64,000 nucleotides of DNA from Yuukianura sp. NJ FZ-2021. Taxonomy: Eukaryota. Shown here piece after piece: positions 9,217 to 21,146 of this stretch; positions within the stretch are counted from its first letter, which is position 1; every line of letters begins with the position of its first letter. The stretch lies in assembly GCA_046563655.1 (NCBI GenBank), contig CM102289.1:5642001-5706000 (forward strand), in the 5' to 3' direction. The notes below the pieces were generated by a model that saw only the letters and a list, made by a program, of their open reading frames with translations, was not told where the DNA came from and did not search any database. Both the position numbers and the translations under genes were made by a program.

Positions 9217-12200
9217 TTACGATTTCAGCTTCTTCAAATCATTCAAAACCTGTTAAAAAGAATAAAGTTTTGCAAGTTTTAAGGAATTTAGGAATTGTCG
9301 TTTAAGATTTTTATGAAATCCAACCTCCAAAATTGTTCCACAACTCCACGCTTGAGCTGGACAACTTGCTTCACACGTTTTCCCGCCGCTATTTGTCAGT
9401 TCCGGCAAACTTTTCCAACTGCTAGCTTTGATGTGTTCGTAGTGACGACTCAAAATTTGACGAATCTCAGGTATGGCACATTTACCGACAAAAGTCAGAC
9501 GAGCTCGTAGGTAAAACCCCATGGGCCACAACCACTCCTATGACAATAAACGTTGTTTTTAGTTGATACAGCTTAAATTAACCCACCTTTAGTAGTTGAA
9601 TATAAATTTACCGGTCCTTGATGGTAGTTAAATCCTCCAGCGACTTTGTAGTTTGATGAATCAGTGTTATAGTAGTCTCCATCGTAATTCCAATCAGATT
9701 CATCCAACGTTTTGAGCCCAAGTTTGGAAACCAATTTTGCCTTCACAGTTTCCAGTGCTGAAACTGCATTCCCTTGATCAAAAAGTTCTGGAGCAACTGT
9801 CATTGCAACGAGGAAGTTTGGACGGAGTTGGAAATCTCCGAATCCGTTGGAAGCACCTACAGTGTCCTTGTAAATATTCCGGACGTTTACAAGTCTCTCG
9901 GTTGCTGAAGCAGATACGAAAAACTGTGATTCAAAATTCAGTTTGATTTTGGTATACCATTCACCATAGGACATGCGCACTGCAAACAAAGACATTGTCA
10001 TTAAAGTGACATTATTTGAATAAGGATTTTTTTTCCAATTGACAACTATCGAGCACAAGTAAAAAAAAACTTACAATTATCTTTTTGAACAAATCTATTC
10101 CTAAACTCTTCTGTTGTGCTCAACTTGTTCAGAACAGCGGCACATAGTCCAACGATTTCCACTGCAGCACCATCACGTGGAGTAGCTGGAATTCCTGTAA
10201 TAAAATACTTCGAAATTGAGCTTTCTGTTCACAAGGTTAAACTGTTGAAGTTTTGTTTCCTCAGGATACCTCGATTTCCTCCTGTTTCACTGCTTCCCAT
10301 TTTGTCCATCCAAGTTCCGCAGTTGAAAGCATTTCCACCATGAACGAAACCTAAATTAAAGGTCCCAATTAACATTCCTTCAATTGACAAACTTTAGCGA
10401 CCGAAAGTTACCAGTGTTCTGGTCCACATGGATATCGATGTTGAAGCCTTCGTTTTTCATATGAGCGTCGATCTGTGGTCCAGCATTTTCCTCGCGAAAT
10501 TGAATTCCTTTGAAATGCAAGTCAATTGCGAGGTGCATTACGTCTTGAAGTGGCTTTATTTCTCCATTGAGCATCTTAACTTCATTGCTCAGAATCTGGA
10601 TTCCATTTCCAACCGTATCTATGTATCTCACGATGGCATACAGCCACCACCAAGTTGCGTCACGGCAATTGTAGCGACAATTCCCTTGGTTCATCAAGTT
10701 GGGAATCAGTCCGTTTCGTAAAACGGCAGCAAAAGACAGGATGTGTTGCCTGTATTAACAAAGAAAGACAAAAGATACTTATATTACTATTATTATATTA
10801 TATTATTATATTATATTATATTATTATATGTGATTATACCTAAAACTATTTCAAATTTTCCATACCTTGCTTCTTCATGCCTTCCTGTAAGCAAAAGGAC
10901 TCCAGGTAGCGCTATGAATGTATCTCGACCCCAGCTTCGCATGTACCCAGTAGAGAAATGTGGAAGACCTAGACAGAATTATACCAGCAACAAAATGGTT
11001 CAACATTTAAAACAGTTGTGTTTTTGCATCTTTTTTAAATAAATTAAATAATTTGAGAAAAAAAATTGGACGCTACCAGCCGAAAGCGAGTAAGGGATGA
11101 ACTGCTTGTGATCTTGGGCATCTCCACATGGCAGAGCTCCTCCTTCTACTACTCCCACAAATTGCAGCGACGAGAGAGCCAGTAACCTCCATAATTCCGT
11201 TTCAGTCCGAGAATTGGTAATATCGAGGGCCGACTCTATGCAAAGATCGTAAATACGCCTGAAACACTGCTCGAAATATGTTGGGACCAAATAGTTCGGG
11301 AGGTCAGCAACTGCTCCACAAAGTTTCCCAACGTACGTTCCTAGCTTGTTGGTTTCTTCTCTCTTGAGTAGCCGATTGACAATATAATCTATTGAAAAAC
11401 GAAACATAATTTGAATACTTTGAGATTTCAAAATTTTAAACCGTAAGGGTTTACCAAGTAGCCATTTGCCCTCTCTCAAATTACAACACAGTGGATGTCC
11501 AAGGTCATTATTGAGAGAAACAGAATCTAAAATGGAAGCAATTCCTTGAAGTCCTGCATACGTCAGTTCTCCAGTATTCGGAATGGCATAAACACCTCCT
11601 TCCTCTTCTTTGCAACGATACAAAACGTAATTCAAAGACACAAAATCCAAGTCTCGAATGATCAATCCCAGATAAGGTGATGCCAAATAATTAGCCAAAT
11701 TATGAAGTGCCAAGGCTGCAGAAGGAAATGGCTGAGCTCTTAAACCCACACCAAACGTTACTCAAATGAATTTCCTTTTCAATCCAAGAAGTTCAGAACT
11801 CACTTGAAAGCTACAACGTCACCGGGTTGAAAATTCAGAAATTCCACTCGACTCAAGCGATTGCTCTTAAGGACGTCAATGAACTTGGACTCTTCAATGG
11901 CAATATCTTCTCTCCATTCTTGTTCACATTGAATTCCAGTCAAGAACGTCTCATCTTCTGCATAAGTGGCTGACCCTTGTACAAGTCTTCCTTCAAAAAC
12001 TATTCGTGTCACATGACCTTGAACTTCAATGCCTCTGATAGAGTGTGGTGGTCGCTTGAAATCCTGAGGCGGAGCATGGAAGGCTGTGTAGGCCACCAGT
12101 ATTAAAGATTCTCTGGTCTTTGGATTTCCTCTTGTGACTGATACTACATCCGCGTCCAGTTGATCAACAAATGTCTATTACAAAAAATGATTATTGTAAT

Positions 12201-13515
12201 AAAGCACTTTTCAAAAAAAAAGTTTTGAAAAGTTCGATGGTAAAGTTACCTCAGAAAATCCGTCTTGGCCAAGCAGATGATGGATCTTATTGAGTGTCTT
12301 TCGAGCACGAAGCATCCCGGAATCTAAATTCACTTCTCCAGGACCTTTAGGGGTTTTATCAAAACTTGTGTACAGTCGTGATTCGATCACAACATGAATC
12401 TGTACACAAATTCCAAATTACACAGTTTTGTAAACTTATACCCCATAAAACTAAAGTAAACAGTACAAAGGGTAATTTAATTATTGTTACTTACCTGATA
12501 CGGAACAATGTCGTCGTATCCCCGGTTGCTTCCTATGGCAAAAGCACCAAATGATACCAACGCTGCTGTTGGCAGAATGTCCTTGATGCATCTCTTTTCA
12601 ATTGGACACGGATTGTCATGTGTTTGATCAAAAAATAACGCGTCAGCCACAGCCGGCGGAACAGTATTTTCAAAAGCACCAACTGGTTTCCCACCTAATT
12701 TCAACGAACTTATGTAAAAATGTGCTTCTGTAAAACTAGCAATGACGTTTTTTTAAATAAACCGGTTGTAAACCGCGCATAAGAAATAGCTCAAGCGATA
12801 AGGCGGTATTTGTTGAAGGTAACTAAACTTCTACTCTCCCAAGGGCGAGTGGGGTGGGTTCCCCCACCTTTCCGCCCAGCTCGGGGGAGTGGGTGTGGGT
12901 TCCCCACACTTTTTCGTTCCGCACCCCAGGATGCGTGGGGTGGGTTCCCCCACTTTTTCGCTCCGCACCCCAGGAGGCGTTCCCCTGCTTGGTGGGTTCC
13001 CCGGGGGGAGAGTGGGTGGGTTCCCTGGACAAGAGAGGGTGGGTTGCCCGGAACAGAGGGGGTGTGTTCCCCGGGAGGGGGAGTTGGTTCCCCGGGGGAA
13101 GGGCGTGGGGAAGGTTTCCCCGGGGGTGTGTGTGGGTCACCCGTGGGTGTGAGGGTGGGTCACCCGGGAGTGTGACTGTGGGTCACCCGGCGCTGTGGGG
13201 TGGGGTCCTCCCCGCTTCCCAGCTAGGAGGAAGTTAATTTGAAAAAAAGTTGACCTTTGACCCGGAAGTAGGTCACTTGGGGTCATTTGATATAAACAAA
13301 AGTTGTTAGTCTCGACGAGATGAACAACTTTTGTAGAGGTCGTTTTCCGGGTTACCGGGGATGGAACCGGTTGACCTTGACCTTGCACCCGGAAGGAGTT
13401 CACCTACCGGGATAATATTCAATAGTGACCAGGTTGGGGTCATGAGGTGTTGATAGGAGAAAACCGGAATCAAATCCGTCCAGTAGTTTCTGAGATAATT
13501 GAGCTGGACAGACGG

Positions 13516-13549
<34 letters not shown>

Positions 13550-15868
13550 ATGAATCAGATTATTAATAGCTTTCGCTATTAATAAATATTTCAGATTTAA
13601 CTAAAAAATCATAAAGTATTGCACCGTATCGGAAGAGGAGACGTCCTTGCTCATGACTATTCCATGCTTGTTGGGCTTCTACACAGAAACAGATGATTCA
13701 ATTCGCTAAGCATATAAAAATTGCTAACTTTAACGGCTAATGTTCACCTTACCGCGAATGAGAACATTAATTCCCAGATGATTCACAAAAACATTGTCCT
13801 TGGCGTCGGAATTTGTAAAAAGTTCAGCTACGACTAGTAGTTCTGGACGCACGCCTCTTGCTGCGTCAATCAAGAATTCCGCTACATGTAATGGTGTAGA
13901 ATGGCAGTTGTCCAGACGCACACCGTCGAAAACGGTCGCAACGAGTTCCACGTATTGCCGCATATAGGACCATAGAAAGGGAGAATCTTCTGGTGAATGT
14001 CCATATCTGACCGAAGCGAAAGGCGAAATTAATATTAGAAATTTTGAAAAATTCAGATCGTATAAATCACCTTAGTTTTACGCTGTCGCTCCACGCAATT
14101 AGCTCTCTTCGTAGATAGACATTAGAATCCGCATCAGCAAAGTTCCTGAGTGGATCATCATTCATTACCCATCCGTTGTGAGCCATTATAAAAGGACGTT
14201 TCTCAGAGGCCACGTCGAGCATTGTTTCTGCCTGTTCATCTCCGAGGTCATGAATTTCAGTGAAATACCTTAGATCCAAAAATTCACGAGTTTTTTAAAT
14301 AGCTAAATACTTGTGAGTTTAATTGATTCATCGAGTACCTGTGTGTGAGAGGTCGGTCTTTTGTAACTTTTTGATATCTCGGGCCATTGGATTGGATTCG
14401 TTCATAGCGAATTCCAGCAATAACATTTTCGACGGCAGCATCTAAATGACTTTTTATTACGCTTTTCGTTTCTTCATTCAATTTTTCCACTTTCCATCGT
14501 GGCGTATCACTGAAACAAATAACAGTTGATTCGAAATGCTAGTGTCATATTGCGTAACACATGTTTGTGTTTCTTGTTCGGTTCGACTCACCCTCCAACC
14601 TTTGACCCATATCTGTGATAAGTGTGAATGACACTCAGTTTTTTGTCGTTCAAGCTTGAATCAAGTCGGCAGTCTACGATACTTATTAAGTAAAACTCTT
14701 CTAGGCGTAGGACTTGTATCTGTTCGTGTAAAAGACTTCGAAGATTGTTTAGATGATCTTCGGAGTTGAGAGTTGAAGGAACTCCGCGATGTTTCCATTG
14801 ATCATTGGACACCTCATTGCTCAATTTTAGAAGCAAACGATCCAGAAGATAGGCTGGAAGTAGATGTGGTGAGTTGTGTAAATTGTACGCAGCATCGGGA
14901 TGATCTCTGAGCCAAGGACTTTCATTGGCAGTATGATTCAGTACGATGTCACACAAGGACAAGATCTATCTTTCAAAGCCAAATAAGGAAAAAACTTAGT
15001 TTAGAAGAATCCGAATCACATCGGCAACCCACTTACGTTCCACTCAGTACGCATTTTCGCTATGAAGGATTTCATAGATTCCCAGCTAACGTCTCCAAAA
15101 TTTTTGTTCAGTTCGAGCTGATTCAAAATGCTGTATCCGCTTGCACTAGGTCCCAAAGCCTGTTAAAAATAATGCTTATTCATATTTCAAAATACTTCGA
15201 GAAATAAATAGGAATAACTGTAACCTGAACAGGCGTGAAATGGATGAAGTTGAATCCAGTCTCTTTCGCTACCCCAAGTCTTCCTTCCCATTCATCAAAG
15301 GGGCCCAGACACTTGGGCATATAAGTAATCATGCTGATTGCATCTAGACGTAGACTTCCGTTAGAGAGCTCCAAGTCTGGATCAACCACGATCCAGCCCC
15401 CACCAATTCGGTCACTGTTTAAAGAATATTTCAGTTTTTCTACTACGTAACTCTAACTCCCAGATTATCATAGTACTCGTGTAACTTACTCGTTCTGGTA
15501 CTTGGTAAAATAGTAACTGAACGATCCAGGACGTTCTATGCTCAGCGTGGCTGACGTATCCTCGTTATAATCTTGGTCACTGAACTGAACGGGATAGAAC
15601 GCCGTCCGTTCGAAAGCGGTTCCATGGTAGTTCGTGAACAGTTTTATTGTAATCCCGTGAAGTGCAGCATCCAATTTAAAAATTACGTTGGTGCCTACAA
15701 TAAATAAAAGCAAACAAAATAATGGACAAAAGGAAAGGACAATTAACTTTTCGTTTTAAAAATGGCTTCCTCAATGTTCAAATTACCTCGTTGAATTTTT
15801 ACAAGAAGGTCTTCACCAAACACGCCATCTTTCAAATACAATACCCTTGGCTGATGTTGCATTACCAT
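9217..15868 (-). CDS. AGL: Glycogen debranching enzyme (4-alpha-glucanotransferase / amylo-1,6-glucosidase), about 21 exons
   Basis: Start [12 protein letters not shown] at 15868; the last exon 9249-9217 encodes [10 protein letters not shown]. Motifs include [84 protein letters not shown] and QAWS. Introns are mostly short GT-AG. Confidence 0.96.
10783..10828. repeat. (ATTAT)n-type low-complexity microsatellite in an AGL intron
   Basis: Run of TATTATATTATATTAT... Confidence 0.7.
12755..13585 (+). mobile_element. Non-autonomous Helitron/Helentron-like (HINE/DINE-1-type) element with an internal G-rich repeat array, in AGL intron 12695-13625
   Basis: This intron is 931 bp, whereas most others in the gene are under ~120 bp. 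It has G-rich degenerate repeats (12845-13215), a hairpin AAAAGTTGTT..TCTCGACGAGA..AACAACTTTT, the block AAATCCGTCCAGTAGTTTCTGAGAT, a (GACA/GACG)n microsatellite (13507-13550) and a terminal hairpin TTATTAATAGC-TTTC-GCTATTAATAA (13560-13585). The 5' boundary is approximate. Confidence 0.72.
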
Positions 15869-16554
15869 TACTATTAAAATTCAAACGTTTGATTTTGAAT
15901 TGGTTTGATACGTTATGTCAATTAACAATTGACAACTGACCCGAACGGTTTGGTTGATAACGACAAGCAAACAGCAACAGGAATCAGAAAGAGAGGAAGA
16001 CCAAAAAGATTTGTGTTTGTCTTCGCAAATTAAAAAAAATTCGCGCCATCAAATTCAATTTTTCCCATGTAAAAGACGCTATGAGTACTTTTCTTATGTA
16101 AACGAAATTTTTCTTTTTCAAACCACATTACCTTATCAGTTATCTTGACATTTATAACATAGCAATAACATGAATTATTTTTTCCAAATTACATTTATGG
16201 CAAGTTATCCATATTCGATGATGGACTGAATTCTACAGCAGGTTGGATGGGGCAAAAATTCGTCTTTCCCACGATAAACTTTTTTTTCGCTTCAATTCGA
16301 CTTTGATTTCTTTGACAAATGCTGCCAAATTGTAAAAGGAACGACTTTTAGTTTTTGTAAGCTTTTATTTTAAGACAAGTGAATTTTTTGGTAAACGGTT
16401 TTCATTTTTTAAGTTACATTTGTTACTCTACCAAAAGAGGAACATAATTAATTCTTAATTAACTAGCTAATTAAGTTTACTTTCACCTAGTAACATCACT
16501 AAAACCACAAAGAGAAAGAGACATGCGTCGCACATTGCTTTGATTTATAAGTTG

Positions 16555-19500
16555 CTAGCAGTGATGATGAGTCTCGCGTCCAGAACTCATGTGTTCATGG
16601 TTACCATACAGTACGGGATCTGCGCAGAATCAAATGCAAATGTTAACTTACTTACGTTATTGGAATGTTGCCAATCTCAGGTATTTAGGTTCGCCTTAAT
16701 GTTAGGTTTAAGTAGGTTAACTTTAATGTTAGGTTGATATGTTTTGGTCACTTACTAATAGTAATTACCTAGTGAGTTGAGACCGTAGTGACTTTGGTAC
16801 ATGGAGGGACCGCCAGAGGTGGGTACGGAATGTGACATCGGCAGTCCAGAATTGAGACTCTGCGACTGATGCTGTAGTTGACTAAACCCGCCCATCGACA
16901 CACCAGCCTGACTCAACTGCCCCGCCAAGCCCACTGCTCAAAGTGTTAAAAAAACATTATTATCATTTTGTTTTTAATTTTTGCACATTTTTTGCTAAAA
17001 AGTTACCAGCAGCGTTCATACTGGCCATGCTCCATCTATTATCTGGAGTGCCAAACATGCCTGCTGGAGAACATAGCGTGTCTGAGACGGAGCCAAAGGG
17101 TGGGAGTCCATGTGACGGCAGAAGAGAACCCGGCGTTCGGAATACATTCGTCGTCTTCTTCCGCTTCTTCCATTTTGCCCGCCGATTTTGAAACCAAACC
17201 TAACAAATTAACAAAATTTAAGTAACTTTTACCATCAAGAAATGCAAACTTATTTTTACAATAATTTATAAATTGTTTACAACTGTTTACAGTTATTGTT
17301 AAACTTTGAAGTGAAAGCAAAATCCGAGATCAGTTGACTTTTTCCATATCCTGGTTTATTTGACCTCTAACTTTTGTGCAAGGAAAGTACCGCGAAAGTA
17401 AAAAGAGAAGAGTAGTTTTGGCATAATGGAACCACATTGGAGTCAATTTCAGAAGCAAATTACTTTTTCGGTGTTTATGAACCACCCGTGAATTTTTTCC
17501 GGCAGAAAGGATTTTTGGGGAGGGGAGAAGCTGAGATGAACTCGAAATGCTTTCAAAAATTGTTTCCAATTCAAATCCGCAAAAACAAACACCAGAAATT
17601 TTTTATACTACAACATTTGGATAAGCGCTTCTTTAGTTTAGAAAAAATTTTCAAACTTTTAGCACTTTTACGTTGCGGCTTTGAAGGTTACTTAAGTCAC
17701 AACTTCTGAAGTTAGACGCTAAGGAATTGACTTCTTTTAAAAATTATTCCAACTTTTTTTTTTATAAAAGAACGGAAATTCCATATACGTTTTCTCGTTA
17801 GCTAGAGAGGACCTTAGCGCTAAATTTGAAAGTTCAAAATGTTCAATTTTATTTTTGAAAGTTGAGTTTTGGAGATACTGCGGCAAGTGGTATGACTTTG
17901 GAAGTGGGAATAAGGTGGTGCATAAATTATGAGCCCATTAGACGGAGCCTTAAGCAGCCAAAAACTAAGTCCAACGGCATTATCTCCCTACACTGACTTT
18001 CTCCAAAAACAAAAGTGGAGGGAAAGTTTGACTTTAAAAAGACGTAGGAAAGCAGAGGAGGGTCGCTAGGGAATTAGCTAGGGATACTGAAACTGAAGCT
18101 ACGAGGGGATAGGGGGTCATAAGTCTCAAAGTCCCACATGAACTCTAATGCAGTCTAACACAACAACAACATTCCCTGCTCCCACTAAAATCCGAAATTC
18201 GGAATGAGATTGGAGTACACAGAGTTCTGGGCACTGCGCAGCAGCATCCTCATCTGAGATTAGATATCAATGTTAAAGTTAAATCAATGTTAAAGTTGAA
18301 TAAAAGAGTTTGAATGTCAACAATGACACATTTGAAATACAATGCAACTTTTTTTCGCACCTTTTCTATTGTTATTTTCTTCCATGTTCGGCCTCTCTCA
18401 ATCCACAAAATAAATAAAATGTTACAACAGTTCTTTTTCTAAAGGTGAACTTATACAGGCAGCTCAAGGGAGCGGCAGTTTCCATGTTTGAATTTTTGAC
18501 ACTTGGGTGGCAAAATTCAAATTCAAATACAATAGGGTACCTTTTCTCTTCAAAACGACTTTAACCGCGGTCATTGTTTGAGTTTTTAGATATAAATCGT
18601 TTTTGAAAAAAAAATTGTGGGCTACGCGCACGGAGCTTTGAAAACATTTTGAGAAATTACAATCAAAAACTAAGTTTTAAACAAAACGTAAAATCCATCG
18701 AATTCAGACAAGAATTTTTTTCCAAATTTTCATCTTGAATATTACTACAATTTTTTTAAAGTAGAAGGAAGTAAAACTTTTGTACTTTCAGATTGACAAT
18801 TGTTAAAAGTGTATACTACAAACGTATTACAAAAAAATTCCTAATGCGGAATAAGTTAAAACAAATATAATATAAAACGTTAATATTAAATTTTATTCAA
18901 ATTTCACATGTTTTGATAACAATGAAAAAAGATGGGTTCGGTTGTGTTAGCTGGAGGTTGAATTTTTTATGAGTTCTTGAGTACACACACTTCAAATTTA
19001 AAGGTGTGAAAACCCCATGTACCAAACGGAATAACCATAAAGTATCGGTGGAAGCTGCCGCCACCACGATCACGCTGTTACTTTTTGTTATACAGTCGAG
19101 AAGATCTTGGGCTTGATACAAACTTTAAATGTTCCTTCCCAAGTGTAAATGTAATTTTGAATTAATTATTTAAATTTCACAAGAAGAAATTCCTGCTGCA
19201 GGAGAATCACGCGGCGTTTAAGAATTGTGCTACAGTAAATTTAAATGCAGAGATGAACTACTTGAATTACGCTCCACCACCGATTAATTTACACCAATTA
19301 GAACGTGGCTGTGGAGAGTGAAGATGCATCTTCGCACCAACTTTGAAAAAAATGTTTAAATGTTTGATGTAAAAGTCAACACTTGCATAACTTCACACTT
19401 TGCATACTTTACATCGCTTAAACATTTTCGTAGTTTTTCACTTCCAAGGAACTCGCAGCTTCTGTTCTTTGTTTCTCAAGTTTTTAAGTGTCCAAACTTT

Positions 19501-21146
19501 ACTTTTATGGTCATCAACTGACTACTGGAATTTAAAGTTTCTACAACTCAAAAGTTAATGTAAAAAAGAAAGTTTGGAAACAAGTTTTAGGACATTCAAA
19601 GGCAAATTCGGTAAAATCGTGAACACTCTAAAAAATAGAATTAAGAACTTATGGAAATTGTGCTTTAGCTGTTTGAGTAAACGCGTGATAATACGGTAAT
19701 TTTGAGCGTAAACTGAAATCCCACGAAACTGGGACCCTAAACAAGCAATAGTTACCGTATTTCCAGGAATAATTCACCAGAAAATTTAAGTTATAATTTT
19801 TAAATTGGTTTTACCTGAACACGTGACTCGGTTAGTCCAATCCGCATTGCGATTTCCTCTCGCATGAAGATGTCAGGGTAATGTGTTTTTGAAAAACAGC
19901 GCTCGAGTTCGTTGAGTTGCACGGGGGTGAAGCGAGTGCGATGTCTTTTTTGTTTCACGGGTTTGTCGCTGTCTGATGACACGGGCGTCGAAGTGCCCGT
20001 CCCCAACCCTCCGCCGCCCCCCAACTGCGACAAGTAAATCCAAAAGCCCAAAGTCTAATTTATCACGATTAACACACTTATTGGAAACACAAAATCCTAT
20101 CTCATCTCCCTCCAAAATAAATCCAAATGAAATATCGACTTCAAAAGTTATTCTTACAGATTCAAAAAAAGAAAAAAAAATATATCACAAAAGTTAATAA
20201 TTTTGTTATCTTAGAAAACTAACCTGGAGAGATGTGACCCCTTGACCTTGTGAGGAGCCGAGGGAATGCGACGTGCGAGAGTCACTGAGGTTGCAAAGAC
20301 TAGAAGGTCCGTGATGCCCTAAATCACGGACAAATTTAAAAATTAAATTTCTTTAGAACATGTTACGCTACAGCTTTCATAGTTGAAATTTAAGTGAATT
20401 TCATTATCATTATTAATTTTTGAAGTTAGCGCAATTTTGGAGTTAATAAATTAAATTAGCAGAGATATAGTGAGTGTAAATCCAATTGATTAAAGTTCAT
20501 TAACGTTAATACGAAAGCTTTCTCCTTAACCTAACCTGATTAACAACGGAGCAAGATGTGCAAAAAAAATCTGCAAAAAAAAATCAGTAAATCTAAACCT
20601 AGCCAAAAATTTTCTCCTAAAGTAAATCATTTTCTAAACTCTAAGTTAAAATTGGGTTAGATAACATTAAATTAGATAACGTTAAATTTTTAAATTTGAA
20701 AATGTCAAACTGAAAAAGGGTGAAAATTTTGATTTGTTTTCTAAAGCGCTTTTAGCTTAGTCTCAGTTTTTGGTTAATTTGCTTAAAGTTAGGTTAATTC
20801 CTAAGTTGCTTAAACTTAAAGTTGACCAAGTTTGAGGTTTCGGGTAATTAAGAGTAGTAAATTAATTAAGGTGTGTTAACGTGGTCTTTCGTAGGAACGA
20901 CTATTTAGTAGGCACTTTCTCCTAATCTAGTTATGCCCTAATTAATTGAATTTGGTCCAATTTATGCCTTAGTGAATCTCATTATTCACAAAACCTAAAA
21001 CAAACCGCCATTTTCACTAGAACGCACCAAGATTTTTAACTCTCAAATTTAACGTTAACTTTCCCCACATTCAATTTCTTTTTTGGTTTAAAAATTTCAA
21101 AAATTTCAAAAATCCGTGTGTTACCTCCCGAGATGTTGTTCAACAT
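16555..21146 (-). CDS. otp: Homeobox protein orthopedia
   Basis: Exons 21146-21125 (MLNNISG), 20318-20224, 20024-19815 ([47 protein letters not shown]), 17199-17007 ([36 protein letters not shown]) and 16933-16769 (..[11 protein letters not shown]), all phase-compatible. The 3' end is uncertain: either read-through to TAG at 16757-16755 or a terminal exon 16619-16555. Confidence 0.93.

Noticed and set aside
12810..13237. Gly/Pro-rich ORFs on both strands
   Set aside because: These are by-products of a GC-rich repeat inside an AGL intron, with no domain signal.
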